A stretch of DNA of 58,312 bases from an uncultured Dehalococcoidia bacterium (GTDB lineage: Bacteria > Chloroflexota > Dehalococcoidia > Lucifugimonadales > UBA2985): the NCBI GenBank assembly GCA_964443385.1, contig CAYUCO010000045.1, positions 1 to 58,312 of the forward strand, given 5' to 3'. Below the pieces are notes generated by a model. That model had not been told where the DNA came from. It searched no databases and saw only the letters and a list, made by a program, of their open reading frames with translations. The translations under genes and the position numbers were made by a program. Shown piece after piece: positions 26,430 to 36,676 of this stretch (its first letter is position 1; each line of letters begins with the position of its first letter).

Positions 26430-26927
26430 TTACTGATTATCCTCTTTAACTTTTTGGGAATCAATTAATTCTATCCCGTGCCGTACTGTATTTATCATTG
26501 TATAGAGTTCTTCTTCAAGCTTTTCTAATGTGCCTTTCGAATAAAGGTCGGCTTCCTCTCTTTGTTTTATCGCCTGAGTTTCTGTATCTGCAAGTATGTC
26601 CTGTGCCTGACCCTTAGTTTTCTCCAATATTTCCTGCGACATAGCCTCGGCTTCTTTCAATATTGTATTTTCTGCCAATCTGGTTTTTGCTTCTTCTTCA
26701 GCAACCGATTTTATTCTTCTTCCTTCTTGCAGGGCTTGATTTATCAGGTTTTCTCTCATTTTTAGTAAATCTTGAGCCTCTTGAATATCCACTGGCACAG
26801 CATCTTTGAGTGCTTGGATAAGGTTGGCAAGCCTCTCCTTCTCTAAGAATATTCTTCCAGTTGCCGGCACACCTGTGCCTGAGGATATGAGATTTTCAAG
26901 TTGATCTATTAAATTTGTTATCTCCAT
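26430..26927 (-). CDS. Hypothetical coiled-coil protein (ATPase b/E-subunit-like composition)
   Basis: 165 aa, highly charged and helical (EEEAKTRLAENTILKEAEAMSQEILEKTKGQAQ). No catalytic motif. Lies downstream of coaD. Confidence 0.35.
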   Translation of the reverse strand: MEITNLIDQLENLISSGTGVPATGRIFLEKERLANLIQALKDAVPVDIQEAQDLLKMRENLINQALQEGRRIKSVAEEEAKTRLAENTILKEAEAMSQEILEKTKGQAQDILADTETQAIKQREEADLYSKGTLEKLEEELYTMINTVRHGIELIDSQKVKEDNQ

Positions 26928-26943
26928 TGTAAGGCCCCTTAAA

Positions 26944-27426
26944 TTAATTCATCAATTTCGCTTTTATAGCTTCTTCTACGTTGGTGGGAACAAGGTGAGA
27001 TATTTGTCCGCCTCCCGATGCAATTTCCTTTATCAGGCTGGATTTTACATATATGTGATCCAAATTGGCCATTAAGTACATAGTGTCTATGTCCGGTGAC
27101 AACTTCTGATTATTCAATGCAAGTTCAAATTCGTAATCAAAATCAGAACCCATTCGCAGACCTCTTATCATTGCGTGGGCACCAAAATCCTTAGCAGCAT
27201 TAACGGTTAATCCAGAGTACGATACAACTTCTACATTTTTTAGGTGACTCAAGGCCTCTGTACACAACTGTAGTCTTTCATCTGTATTGAACATTAGAGA
27301 TTTCGTGGATCGTGTGGAAACCACAGCCACGTAGACTTTATCGAAAATATGTGAGGATCTGGTAGCGATGTCTATGTGTCCAAAAGTGATGGGATCGAAA
27401 CTACCCGGGTATAATCCTGTTGTCAA
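26944..27426 (-). CDS. coaD: Phosphopantetheine adenylyltransferase
   Basis: 160 aa, TTG start. Motif YPGSFDPITFGHIDI. Confidence 0.93.
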   Translation of the reverse strand: MTTGLYPGSFDPITFGHIDIATRSSHIFDKVYVAVVSTRSTKSLMFNTDERLQLCTEALSHLKNVEVVSYSGLTVNAAKDFGAHAMIRGLRMGSDFDYEFELALNNQKLSPDIDTMYLMANLDHIYVKSSLIKEIASGGGQISHLVPTNVEEAIKAKLMN

Positions 27427-28033
27427 TTAATTGATCCTCCCTATATATAGAACAGATTGTATCACCTTGCCGGGATTCCTTTATTAGTTTGAATCCTTTA
27501 TATTCGTCTTCCAGCCGATGCCTCTTTGAATGTCCAGTCGCAAGTATGGCGCCTGGTTTAGCTATTATACTTACGGTATTCAAAATGTCATGTATTGGAC
27601 CTAGAGAATATGGTGGGTCCATCAATATTATGTCGTAGAAACCGTTGATAGATTTTAAGGCTTTTTCTACTTTCATACAATGGACCTTGGATTGACCAGA
27701 GAATCCCATATTAGCTAGACTTCTTCTTAGAAGGCTGCATCTTTTGGAATTTGATTCTATGAAGTCCACCCACGATGCACCTCGGCTTAAGGCTTCTATT
27801 CCTAGTGTGCCAGTACCAGCATAAAGGTCTATGACCTGTTTTCCGTATAAACCGTTCGATTCGAGTATGGAGAACAGTGAGGATCGGACCCTACCGGTGG
27901 TTGGCCTAGCCCCCAGGTTTTTGTGACTGACTATTTTATGGCCTTTAGCCGTTCCTGCTATTACTCGCAAGCTTCCAACCTTGTGGTGACAAGTATATAC
28001 AATCTTGAGCCTGTTGATTCTACCATAGCCCAT
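27401..28033 (-). CDS. rsmD: 16S rRNA (guanine966-N2)-methyltransferase RsmD
   Basis: RVIAGTAKGHKI, SAM motif DLYAGTGTLGIEALSRG, and the DPPY motif (MDPPY). The true start may be TTG 27970 (LRVIAG...). The 3' end overlaps coaD by 26 nt. Confidence 0.88.
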   Translation of the reverse strand: MGYGRINRLKIVYTCHHKVGSLRVIAGTAKGHKIVSHKNLGARPTTGRVRSSLFSILESNGLYGKQVIDLYAGTGTLGIEALSRGASWVDFIESNSKRCSLLRRSLANMGFSGQSKVHCMKVEKALKSINGFYDIILMDPPYSLGPIHDILNTVSIIAKPGAILATGHSKRHRLEDEYKGFKLIKESRQGDTICSIYREDQLIDNRIIPG

Positions 28034-28164
28034 GTATAGCGTAAAGTTTGTGGTGGATCTCCGCTATAATTCAGTAATTGATCCTATTTGTAGTATTCTC
28101 ATGCCATGTGGAGGTTGTGGCTAATCTCTGTTAGTATGTAGATAGTTTCGCAGAGGAATGAAGC

Positions 28165-28605
28165 ATGAAGATATTATTGATAAACGGACCTAATTTAAAC
28201 ATGTTGGGTAACAGAGATAAAGGATTGTACGGTTCATATTCTCTGGAAACTATCCAAGATCAGGTTGTGGCAATAGGGGAAAAAGTTGGATTAGAGGTTG
28301 AATGCTTCCAATCAAATAGCGAAGGAGATATTATAGATTTCCTTCAAGAGAAATCTGCTGAATCCTCAGGAGTGATTATAAACCCAGGTGCTTTAACCCA
28401 CTACTCAATTGCCCTAAGAGACGCATTGGTTGACTCAAACTTACCTGTTGTGGAGGTTCATTTGTCAAACATATATGCTCGCGAATCATGGAGGCATATA
28501 TCTGTTATAGCTCCTATTTCGTTGGGGCAAATTAGTGGTTTGGGATACAGAAGTTATGGTTTGGCCATGTGGTTCATAGCAGATTATTTGAAAGAAGGTA
28601 CATGA
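28165..28605 (+). CDS. aroQ: Type II 3-dehydroquinate dehydratase
   Basis: 146 aa. MKILLINGPNLNMLGNRD and VVEVHLSNIYARE. Confidence 0.93.
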   Translation: MKILLINGPNLNMLGNRDKGLYGSYSLETIQDQVVAIGEKVGLEVECFQSNSEGDIIDFLQEKSAESSGVIINPGALTHYSIALRDALVDSNLPVVEVHLSNIYARESWRHISVIAPISLGQISGLGYRSYGLAMWFIADYLKEGT

Positions 28606-28606
28606 A

Positions 28607-29686
28607 TTGATTGATAGGATCAAAAATATTAGAGATAGATTCGACGATTATGGAATCGATGGGTTGCTTGTACAATCTCCAGATAACAGAAGGTATATTT
28701 CTGGATTTACAGGCACTGCAGGATCTCTGGTAATCTCTCGTGATCAAGCTGTATTAGCCACAGATTTTCGATATATAGAGCAAGCTACTACTCAATCCCC
28801 GAGCTTTAGAGTGTTGAGGACGTTTGGAGCATTAGATTGGTTGCCTGGCCTGTTGGGGGATTTAGGGATTACTAAGTTAGGATTTGAAAGTCAACATCTA
28901 TCATATGCAATGCACCAAAACATTGCGCACATACTGGAATCCGAAAATTTAACTATAGAATTACTCCCTTCACATTCTCTTGTAGAGGAGGTGAGGAAAG
29001 TCAAGGATCATCTGGAAATGGAATCACTTGCTAGGGCAATAGATATATCAGACAAAGCTTTTGACGAAGTAGCAAAGAATATATTTGTTGGCCAAACCGA
29101 ACGGGAAATAGCCTGGCTGTTGGAGAAAACTATGCGAGAAATGGGGGCAGACTCACCTTCGTTTGACACCATAGTGGCGGCAGGACCGAACGCTGCTCTT
29201 CCTCACCATAGACCGGATGATACTAGAATACAGGACGGAAGTCCTTTGATAATAGACATGGGGGCTAAATACGAAGGGTATTGTAGCGACCTGAGTAGAA
29301 CATTATTTATAGGAACTCCAGATGACAGATTTGTATCAGTTTATGATACGGTTTTGGCTGCCCAACTTACCGCGATTGCTACTGTCGAATCCGGTATGAC
29401 CGGTTCTGAAGCGGACAATCTTGCAAGATTGGTTATTGATGAGGCCGGATATGGAGACAAGTTTGGGCATAGTCTGGGGCATGGTGTTGGATTAGAGATA
29501 CATGAGCAGCCAGGTGTGGGTCCTGGGTCGCAAACCATTTTGAGTGACGGCATGCCGTTTACTATTGAACCTGGCATATACATAACGGGATGGGGTGGTG
29601 TGAGGATAGAGGATGTAGTTGTGTTAGAAGATGGTCGAGCTAGGGTTATAAGTAAGGCGTCTAAAGTAGACAGGTTAGGTGGATAA
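28607..29686 (+). CDS. Xaa-Pro aminopeptidase (M24B)
   Basis: 359 aa. Pita-bread motifs DMGAKYEGYCSD, HSLGHGVGLEIHE and VRIED. Sits in the conserved aroQ-peptidase-efp position. Confidence 0.9.
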   Translation: MIDRIKNIRDRFDDYGIDGLLVQSPDNRRYISGFTGTAGSLVISRDQAVLATDFRYIEQATTQSPSFRVLRTFGALDWLPGLLGDLGITKLGFESQHLSYAMHQNIAHILESENLTIELLPSHSLVEEVRKVKDHLEMESLARAIDISDKAFDEVAKNIFVGQTEREIAWLLEKTMREMGADSPSFDTIVAAGPNAALPHHRPDDTRIQDGSPLIIDMGAKYEGYCSDLSRTLFIGTPDDRFVSVYDTVLAAQLTAIATVESGMTGSEADNLARLVIDEAGYGDKFGHSLGHGVGLEIHEQPGVGPGSQTILSDGMPFTIEPGIYITGWGGVRIEDVVVLEDGRARVISKASKVDRLGG

Positions 29687-30246
29687 TGACGATAAGTTAT
29701 AGTGAGCTTAAAAGAGGTATAGTGATTGTGTTAGATGAGGAGCCTTGGCAGGTTGTAGAGTGGAGCCATAAAAAGATGCAACAAAGAGCACCAGTGTTAA
29801 CTCTCAGGCTCAAAAATTTGCGTAACAATCGTTTTATGGAACGCAATTTGCCCGGTAACCAGAAACTTACCCTGGCTGACGTTGATAACCGGGAATGCGA
29901 GTATCTGTACAATGATCCTGACTATTATTATTTTATGGACTTGCAAACTTTTGAACAATATCCACTTTCCTCAGATCTGATTGGAGATGCCATCAGGTTT
30001 TTGAAAGAACAGGATAAGCTAGAATTGATTTTTTATTCCGACGAACCAATATCTTTTGAACTACCTACTTATGTGGAATTGGTTGTCACTGACACACCAC
30101 CTCCAGTCAAAGGTAACACTGCTCAAGGTGGCACAAAGCCTGCTACTTTAGAAACTGGTTTGAAGGTCAATGTTCCTTTTTTTGTTAATAATGGAGAAAC
30201 CATCAGAATCGATACTCGAACCAGTGAATACCTTGAAAGAGTATGA
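29686..30246 (+). CDS. efp: Elongation factor P (non-canonical tip loop)
   Basis: 186 aa, three-domain length, C-terminal GETIRIDTRTSEYLERV, canonical synteny. The loop reads HKKMQQRAPV instead of VKPGKGQA. Confidence 0.88.
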   Translation: MTISYSELKRGIVIVLDEEPWQVVEWSHKKMQQRAPVLTLRLKNLRNNRFMERNLPGNQKLTLADVDNRECEYLYNDPDYYYFMDLQTFEQYPLSSDLIGDAIRFLKEQDKLELIFYSDEPISFELPTYVELVVTDTPPPVKGNTAQGGTKPATLETGLKVNVPFFVNNGETIRIDTRTSEYLERV

Positions 30247-30343
30247 ATAGGTAACATGGTTCCACTTGTTCTTTAATGAATGACATTTCATATTGGAAAA
30301 GAGCGGTTGATTTATTCTGCATTCAATTTCAACGGAACTAACG

Positions 30344-31519
30344 ATGACTCTTTACTCAGTATCACAGATAACTAAATACGTCAAAGACATATTTGATTCA
30401 GATGAGGTTCTAACCGACTTATGGGTTAAAGGTGAAGTGTCGAACCTGTCTCACTCAGCTGCTGGACACTTTTACTTTACTCTAAAAGATGCAACAAATC
30501 AGATCAAATGTGTGATGTTTAAACCTGCTTATGGTAACGAACATTTGATGAATGGTGTGTCTGTGTCAGTTCATGGCAGGGTATCCATATATGAGGTTCG
30601 TGGGGATATGCAGATCTATGGCAACTTGGTGCAGCCATCGGGTGTTGGCGAACGCTACTTAGCATTAGAATTATTAAAATCCTCTTTGGAACAGGAAGGT
30701 CTGTTTTTGGATAGTAGGAAGCGACCACTCCCAAGATTTCCAAAGAAGATAGGTGTAGCCACTTCTCCAAATGGTTCGGTGTGGCATGATATACAGAACG
30801 TCATATCACGTAGATTTCCACTTGTTGAACTGGTCTTGGCTCCGACTTCAGTACAGGGTGAATCTGCTCCAGATGGTATTGTTCAAGGGCTGCGTCTATT
30901 GAATCAAAGGGCAGACATTGACTTGATAATTATAGCAAGAGGTGGAGGATCTGCTGAAGAATTATGGGCCTTTAATGAGGAAATTGTCTGTAGGGCTATA
31001 TATGGGAGTAAGGCCCCGGTGATAAGTGCGATTGGCCATGAAACGGATGTGACGCTGTCTGACTTAGTGTCTGATTATAGAGCTCCTACTCCGTCTGCTG
31101 CGGCTGAAGTAGCCGTTCCGGATATGCATGAAATATCTGAAAAATTGTATTATGACTTTATAGACATCGGGAATATTATGATGCGATATCTTGATTCAAA
31201 GAAATCCGGGATACATGAATACGACAGAAGTTTGAAAAGACATGTTCCAAACTTTGACAGTTTAAGGCAAAAGTTAGACGAATTGACTCAACAGTCAGGC
31301 AAAACATTGCTTCACAGGAATGATTTGATGAAAGAAGTACTTAACGCTATGAAATCTAGATTACAAGCCTTGAACCCTGCAAATGTTCTCTCTCGTGGCT
31401 ACTCTATTTTGCAAAAATCCAGTGATGCAACGATTGTTATGTCCAAAAAGCAGGTGCAGGCTAATGAGGATTTAGTGGTAACGCTTAAGGATGGGAAATT
31501 GGAAGTCAAATCTAAGTAG
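30344..31519 (+). CDS. xseA: Exodeoxyribonuclease VII large subunit
   Basis: 391 aa. N-terminal OB fold (VKGEVSNLSHSAAGHFYFTLKD) and core IIIARGGGSAEELWAFNEE. Confidence 0.92.
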   Translation: MTLYSVSQITKYVKDIFDSDEVLTDLWVKGEVSNLSHSAAGHFYFTLKDATNQIKCVMFKPAYGNEHLMNGVSVSVHGRVSIYEVRGDMQIYGNLVQPSGVGERYLALELLKSSLEQEGLFLDSRKRPLPRFPKKIGVATSPNGSVWHDIQNVISRRFPLVELVLAPTSVQGESAPDGIVQGLRLLNQRADIDLIIIARGGGSAEELWAFNEEIVCRAIYGSKAPVISAIGHETDVTLSDLVSDYRAPTPSAAAEVAVPDMHEISEKLYYDFIDIGNIMMRYLDSKKSGIHEYDRSLKRHVPNFDSLRQKLDELTQQSGKTLLHRNDLMKEVLNAMKSRLQALNPANVLSRGYSILQKSSDATIVMSKKQVQANEDLVVTLKDGKLEVKSK

Positions 31520-31582
31520 ACTGTACACCTAGCATATCGATTGTAATATACTGAAACCACAGCAACTTTTGAGAGGGGTTTT

Positions 31583-31846
31583 ATGAGTGCCAATAGTGGG
31601 AGTCAAGATGAGAATTTATCGTTTGAAGACGCTTACACTCTGTTAGAGGAAAAGGTTTCTACTCTAGAACAGGGTGGTTTATCTCTAGAAGAATCAATAC
31701 TCTTGTTTGAGCAAGGTATGAATTTATTGAATGTCTGCAGTGAGCTTCTTAGTAGTGCTGAACTGAGAATCACTAACTTACAAAACATTTATTCCGGAAA
31801 AAATGACATATCACAAGATGGTGTAGAAGAAATCGATGAAAATTGA
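31583..31846 (+). CDS. xseB: Exodeoxyribonuclease VII small subunit
   Basis: 87 aa. LSFEDAYTLLEEKVSTLEQGGLSLEESILLFEQG. Confidence 0.9.
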   Translation: MSANSGSQDENLSFEDAYTLLEEKVSTLEQGGLSLEESILLFEQGMNLLNVCSELLSSAELRITNLQNIYSGKNDISQDGVEEIDEN

Positions 31847-32489
31847 TCTTCATGTTCACACAGGTTTCTCTCCAGATTCATTTACAAATCCTGAAAAAGC
31901 GGTTTTGAAGGCAATTAAATCTGGATTGGACTGTATAGCTATAACTGACCACAACACGATAGACGGAGCCTTGGAAGCAAAACGGATATTCGGCGCCAAA
32001 GTGATAATTGGTGAGGAGATAAAAAGTCTTGGAGGAGAGATTATAGGATTGTATCTTCAGGAAACCATTCCAAAGGAATTATCAGCGTTGGACACCGTAA
32101 AGCTTATAAAGGATCAAGGCGGATTAGTATCCATACCTCACCCTTTCGATTACTTCAGGAAATCTGTCATTGACAAAAAATCTTTGGAGGAAATCTTAGA
32201 TTATATCGATATTGTAGAGTCATTTAATGCACGTAATACCCTTGGAAAGAGTAATGCAAAAGCCCTTGCGTTTGCTAGGTCAAATCGTATAATTCCGTCA
32301 GCGGTTAGTGACTCACACACTTTGATGGAAATTGGACGCACATATATGAATATTCCTCAATTTGATGGAACCGCTCTCGGGTTGATGGCCACTTTGGATC
32401 GTGCTGAATTGATTTGTAGGCCAATAAATCCAATGATACATGTTTTAACAACAATGACTAAAATAATGAAGAGAGTAAATCTAAAATAG
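31836..32489 (+). CDS. PHP-domain metal-dependent phosphoesterase (COG0613-like)
   Basis: 217 aa. MKIDLHVHTGFSPDS, ITDHNT, IPHP and SDSH motifs. Overlaps xseB by 11 nt. Confidence 0.8.
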   Translation: MKIDLHVHTGFSPDSFTNPEKAVLKAIKSGLDCIAITDHNTIDGALEAKRIFGAKVIIGEEIKSLGGEIIGLYLQETIPKELSALDTVKLIKDQGGLVSIPHPFDYFRKSVIDKKSLEEILDYIDIVESFNARNTLGKSNAKALAFARSNRIIPSAVSDSHTLMEIGRTYMNIPQFDGTALGLMATLDRAELICRPINPMIHVLTTMTKIMKRVNLK

Positions 32490-32508
32490 TATTAGGAATG
32501 GTGATGAA

Positions 32509-33315
32509 TTGTTGTCGTTAGGTTGGTTTTCCACAGGAAATGGAGACGGGTCACTAGGATTGTTTAACGAAGTCCATAAGGCTATAGAGCTAGGGATATT
32601 GGACGCTAGAATAGAATTCGTGTTTTGTAATAGAGAAAGAGGGGAATCTCCGGGTAGTGATAGATTTTTAGACAGAGTGTCCAGCGCCGGAGTTCCGACG
32701 GTGTCATTGTCTTCTTCTAGATTCAGATCTGAACATGGAGGAGGCCGTTTTGATGAACACAGATTGGCATATGATGAAGAGATTATACAAGCTTTGAGTG
32801 GATTCAATGTAGATCTTTGTATATTGGCAGGATATATGCTTATCTTAGGGAAAGAACTTTGCAGGTCTTACAGAATGCTTAACCTACATCCGGCATTGCC
32901 AGGAGGACCTACAGGTACTTGGAGGGATGTAATATGGAAGCTCGTTGAGGAGCGTTCTAAAGTTAATGGGGCGTATGTGCACTTGGTAACTGAAGAATTA
33001 GATAAAGGCCCTATAATTACTTACTGTTCCTTTCCGATTGCAGGAGATGAATATAGTAAGTTTTGGGTTGATATAGAGGGTGCACCCATTAATAGTCTCA
33101 AGGAAGAATTTGGGGAAGAATTACCGGTCTTTTCACACATACGAAATGAAGGAATGAAACGGGAAAGGCCTCTAATTTTGGAAACACTCAAGGTTTTTGC
33201 AAATGGCACTCTAAAACCAGAGGATTTATGGATTGATATCTATCATATGAAAACAGACTTGCCAATGTGCCTGGACATTCCGATAAACAATTTTTTAGAT
33301 GAAACAAGACCTTAA
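32509..33315 (+). CDS. Formyltransferase-domain protein (PurN-like, extended)
   Basis: 268 aa. LAGYMLIL...[10 protein letters not shown] and EELDKGPII resemble the PurN catalytic His and Asp blocks. Has an extra C-terminal region of about 60 aa. TTG start. Confidence 0.6.
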   Translation: MLSLGWFSTGNGDGSLGLFNEVHKAIELGILDARIEFVFCNRERGESPGSDRFLDRVSSAGVPTVSLSSSRFRSEHGGGRFDEHRLAYDEEIIQALSGFNVDLCILAGYMLILGKELCRSYRMLNLHPALPGGPTGTWRDVIWKLVEERSKVNGAYVHLVTEELDKGPIITYCSFPIAGDEYSKFWVDIEGAPINSLKEEFGEELPVFSHIRNEGMKRERPLILETLKVFANGTLKPEDLWIDIYHMKTDLPMCLDIPINNFLDETRP

Positions 33316-34607
33316 GCGGTCATATCCTCTATAGATTCTATTTGCAAGATAGACCCGTTTTTGCTAAGCAATATAGGTGGGCCGTTTCCCAATATTGTAT
33401 CACTGTCTACAACGCATTTATTGACCTTGGGCATGGACGGCAAATGATACATTACATCAATAAGTGCATTTTCTATTATTGCCCTCAAACCTCTAGCTCC
33501 AGTTTTGCTTTTGAGTGATTCATCGGCTGCTGCATTAAGAGCATCATCGTTAAAAAGTAATTCAACTCCATCTAACTCAAATAAGTGTTGATATTGTTTG
33601 GTTACCGCATTCTTTGGTTTAGTCAATATTTCTAGCATGGATTCCTTATCTAATGCCTCCAGGGTAACAATTAGTGGTATGCGTCCGACAAATTCCGGTA
33701 TGAATCCATAAGATAATAGATCTTCAGTGATTATATTTTCTAGTGGGTCCATCTTTAGAGAGCTTTCCCTAGACATTGATAAAGATTTGAAACCAAGGTT
33801 TTGATTCTCTTTAGATATACGTTTAGATATTATTTCCTGCAGACCTTCAAAAGCTCCACCGCAGATAAACAATATGTTATCGGTTTTGATTTGAATCAAT
33901 TCTTGGTGAGGGTGTTTTCTCCCACCTTGAGGAGGAACGTTAGCTGTGCATCCTTCAATTATCTTCAATAAGGCTTGTTGCACACCTTCCCCTGAGACAT
34001 CCCTAGTTATTGATGGGTTAGCACTTTTCCGACCAATCTTATCTATTTCGTCTATGTATATAATGCCATACTCTGCTTTTGCCACATCGTAATCAGCAGC
34101 CTGGATTAATCGTAGCAATATGTTTTCTACGTCCTCTCCCACATATCCAGCCTCTGTTATCGAAGTGGCGTCCACTATACAAAATGGGACATCCAATATC
34201 CGGGCTAGAGTTTGGGCGAGAAGAGTTTTTCCAGATCCTGTTGGACCGGCTAACAAGATATTAGTCTTTTGCAACTCGACATTGGCTTTTACAAGAGTGC
34301 TCTTAATTCGTTTGTAGTGATTGTATACGGCAACTGCCAATGACTTTTTTGCTCTGTCCTGTCCTATGATATATTCGTCCAGTAGTTTATGTATCTGTTT
34401 GGGCTGTATGTCATTTATTTCCGTCGAAAGATTGGGACTAGCAGTCTTTAATTCATCTTGATGTATTATTTCCCTGCAAAGATCGACGCATTGTTCACAG
34501 ATAAAGGCGTTGCCCGGAGGTCCTCCTATTAACCTGTCTACTTGAGACTGATCCTTGCCGCAAAAGGAACAAAATGCTCTGTTTGTATTTTCTGTTTGGT
34601 CACTCAC
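33312..34607 (-). CDS. clpX: ATP-dependent Clp protease ATP-binding subunit ClpX
   Basis: 431 aa. Zinc finger CSFCGK...CEQC, Walker A GPTGSGKT, Walker [10 protein letters not shown]. Confidence 0.95.
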   Translation of the reverse strand: MSDQTENTNRAFCSFCGKDQSQVDRLIGGPPGNAFICEQCVDLCREIIHQDELKTASPNLSTEINDIQPKQIHKLLDEYIIGQDRAKKSLAVAVYNHYKRIKSTLVKANVELQKTNILLAGPTGSGKTLLAQTLARILDVPFCIVDATSITEAGYVGEDVENILLRLIQAADYDVAKAEYGIIYIDEIDKIGRKSANPSITRDVSGEGVQQALLKIIEGCTANVPPQGGRKHPHQELIQIKTDNILFICGGAFEGLQEIISKRISKENQNLGFKSLSMSRESSLKMDPLENIITEDLLSYGFIPEFVGRIPLIVTLEALDKESMLEILTKPKNAVTKQYQHLFELDGVELLFNDDALNAAADESLKSKTGARGLRAIIENALIDVMYHLPSMPKVNKCVVDSDTILGNGPPILLSKNGSILQIESIEDMTA

Positions 34608-34627
34608 TGTTTCAGTGTTTTCTCTCT

Positions 34628-35236
34628 TTATTCTTCTTTGGCTGTCTTGGATAGCACCTCATCTATAATCCCATATTCCATGGCTTGTTCTGGATTTAAA
34701 TAATGATCTCTATCTGTATCTTTAGCGACTTGTTCATATGGCTGACTTGTATGTCCAGAAATAATGGTTCGTAGCATATCTTGCATCCTCAGAATTTCAC
34801 GCGCCGCGATTTCTATATCCGTAGCTTGTCCTTGGGCGCCACCCATTGGTTGATGCATATGTATAGTAGAATTTGGTAGAGCGTATCTTTTGCCTTTTTC
34901 GCCTGCACAAAGAAGAACAGTGCCCATGCTAGCTGCAAGTCCAACACATATGGTCGAAACATCTGGTTTAATGAGTTGCATAGTATCGTATATTGCCAAG
35001 CCAGAACTGATTACTCCTCCGGGTGAATTTATGTATAGGCTTATATCTTTGTCTGGATCTTCTCTTTCCAAGAAAAGGAGTTGAGCAACTATCAAGTTTG
35101 ACACTTGATCATTGATAGGTGTTCCCAAAAACACTATTCTTTCTCTTAACAAGAGTGAGTAAATATCAAAGGCTCTTTCTCCTCTAGCTCCAGTTTCTAC
35201 CACCATTGGCACTATATCTTCGGGTCTGTATAACAT
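34628..35236 (-). CDS. clpP: ATP-dependent Clp protease proteolytic subunit ClpP
   Basis: Track ORF 34628..35341 runs into tig. ATG 35236 is preceded by AAGGAG and lies just after the tig stop. Catalytic Ser block GLAASMG and His block IHMHQP. Confidence 0.92.
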   Translation of the reverse strand: MLYRPEDIVPMVVETGARGERAFDIYSLLLRERIVFLGTPINDQVSNLIVAQLLFLEREDPDKDISLYINSPGGVISSGLAIYDTMQLIKPDVSTICVGLAASMGTVLLCAGEKGKRYALPNSTIHMHQPMGGAQGQATDIEIAAREILRMQDMLRTIISGHTSQPYEQVAKDTDRDHYLNPEQAMEYGIIDEVLSKTAKEE

Positions 35237-35237
35237 T

Positions 35238-36605
35238 TTACTCCTTAATCGAATTGTCATCTTTCTTTTTTCGTTTGGTTGTTTTAGCGTTAGCCGATTT
35301 GCTTTTGGGTACTTGACTGTCTCCGTGTTCACCCTTGGCAATAGAGGCTAGGCGCTCCATTGTTTTTCTACTAATCAGCATGTTTCCTATAGATGCACGT
35401 CCATTGTCATTATCAAATAAGCTTCTTAGTGACTCCGATTCTGTTTCTGATGAAGCGACCATATTGTTTATTTCGTTTTCTATGTCTTCGTCAGTAACGT
35501 TGATATTTTCTGTTTCCCTGAAAGTGTCCATTACCAAAGTTCTGCTTATTCGTTCCAAAGCTGATGGTCTAACTTCAGTTTGTATTTCTTGAATAGTCTT
35601 TCCAACCGAACTCAGATAATCTTCCATGTTTAATTGTTGTCTTTGCATGGCTTCAGCTTGTTCGGAAATCATATGTTCTACTTCATGGTCCACTAACAAT
35701 GGAGGTATGTCAGGGTTGGCCTGTTCCACTAAGGCTTGAACAATATCCTCTTGGTATTTTTGCTCAGCAACGGTTTGATTGCGTTTTAATATGTCTGACT
35801 CCAACTGTTTTCTGAGGGATTTCACATCTTTAACGTCCATGTTCAAGCTCTTAGCAAAGTTATTGTCTAACTTTGGTAATTTTCTCTCTTTTATTTCATC
35901 CACCGTAACGTCAAACGAACATTCTTTCTCAGCCAATTCCGTTTGAGGGTAATCCGTTGGAAATGCCAGTGAAAACACCTTGGATTCGCCACGAGGTATA
36001 CCTATTAACTGTTCTGCAAAACCAGGCATTGGGTTAGAAGAATCTTGAGTGACTAAGTAGTCAACTCCTTGGTCGTCAATTATTATTTTGTCATCCATAG
36101 TTCCTTTAACTTGAAGGGTAACCATGTTGTCAAAATTTATAGGGTTCTCGGTAGGCTCCCAAGTGCTGGAGTCTTTTCTTATAGTCTCCAATGTTTCGTC
36201 TATTTGTTGTTTAGTCACAGAAACTTTTTGAGGTTCTAATCTGTAATCCAGATAGTTGCCAAGGTCGATATTAGGGCGTACAGGGACCACGACCTCCAGT
36301 GTCAGAGGCTCATAACTGGCCACATCTGCTTTTGGTGTGGAGATCACATCCAAAGATTCTTGTTTTATAGCATCTGCAGCTAATTTAGGTATAAGAGTCT
36401 CAAGGGCATCTTCTACCATATTGTCTCGACCAAGTTCTCGTTCTAGTACGGATCTTGGAGTTTTGCCTTTGCGGAACCCTGGTATCGATACCCTTTGCAC
36501 AGCCCTTCTATATACTCGGTCCATGTGTTCCTCTAACTCTGGAGGATCAACTTCGATACTTAGAGTTATTTGATTATTAATACTACTGATCTGGGATACT
36601 TTCAC
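35238..36605 (-). CDS. tig: Trigger factor
   Basis: 455 aa, GTG start after AGGAG. Ribosome-binding signature GFRKGKTP. Confidence 0.92.
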   Translation of the reverse strand: MKVSQISSINNQITLSIEVDPPELEEHMDRVYRRAVQRVSIPGFRKGKTPRSVLERELGRDNMVEDALETLIPKLAADAIKQESLDVISTPKADVASYEPLTLEVVVPVRPNIDLGNYLDYRLEPQKVSVTKQQIDETLETIRKDSSTWEPTENPINFDNMVTLQVKGTMDDKIIIDDQGVDYLVTQDSSNPMPGFAEQLIGIPRGESKVFSLAFPTDYPQTELAEKECSFDVTVDEIKERKLPKLDNNFAKSLNMDVKDVKSLRKQLESDILKRNQTVAEQKYQEDIVQALVEQANPDIPPLLVDHEVEHMISEQAEAMQRQQLNMEDYLSSVGKTIQEIQTEVRPSALERISRTLVMDTFRETENINVTDEDIENEINNMVASSETESESLRSLFDNDNGRASIGNMLISRKTMERLASIAKGEHGDSQVPKSKSANAKTTKRKKKDDNSIKE

Positions 36606-36633
36606 TTATTACTCCTGTAAATACTATTGGTTC

Positions 36634-36662
36634 ATTATAAACAGACTTATCATTGATGTGAA
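36634..36662 (-). promoter_or_regulatory. Candidate sigma-70-type promoter for tig-clpP-clpX
   Basis: On the minus strand: TTCACA (36662-36657), 17-nt spacer, TATAAT (36639-36634), about 28 nt upstream of the tig start. Confidence 0.45.
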
Positions 36663-36676
36663 GCCGAAGATTTGCG

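Noticed and set aside
35237-35341. N-terminal extension of clpP in the track ORF (34628..35341) overlapping tig
   Set aside because: The extension is basic and low in complexity and lies inside the tig coding end. ATG 35236 with AAGGAG gives the canonical ClpP N-terminus.
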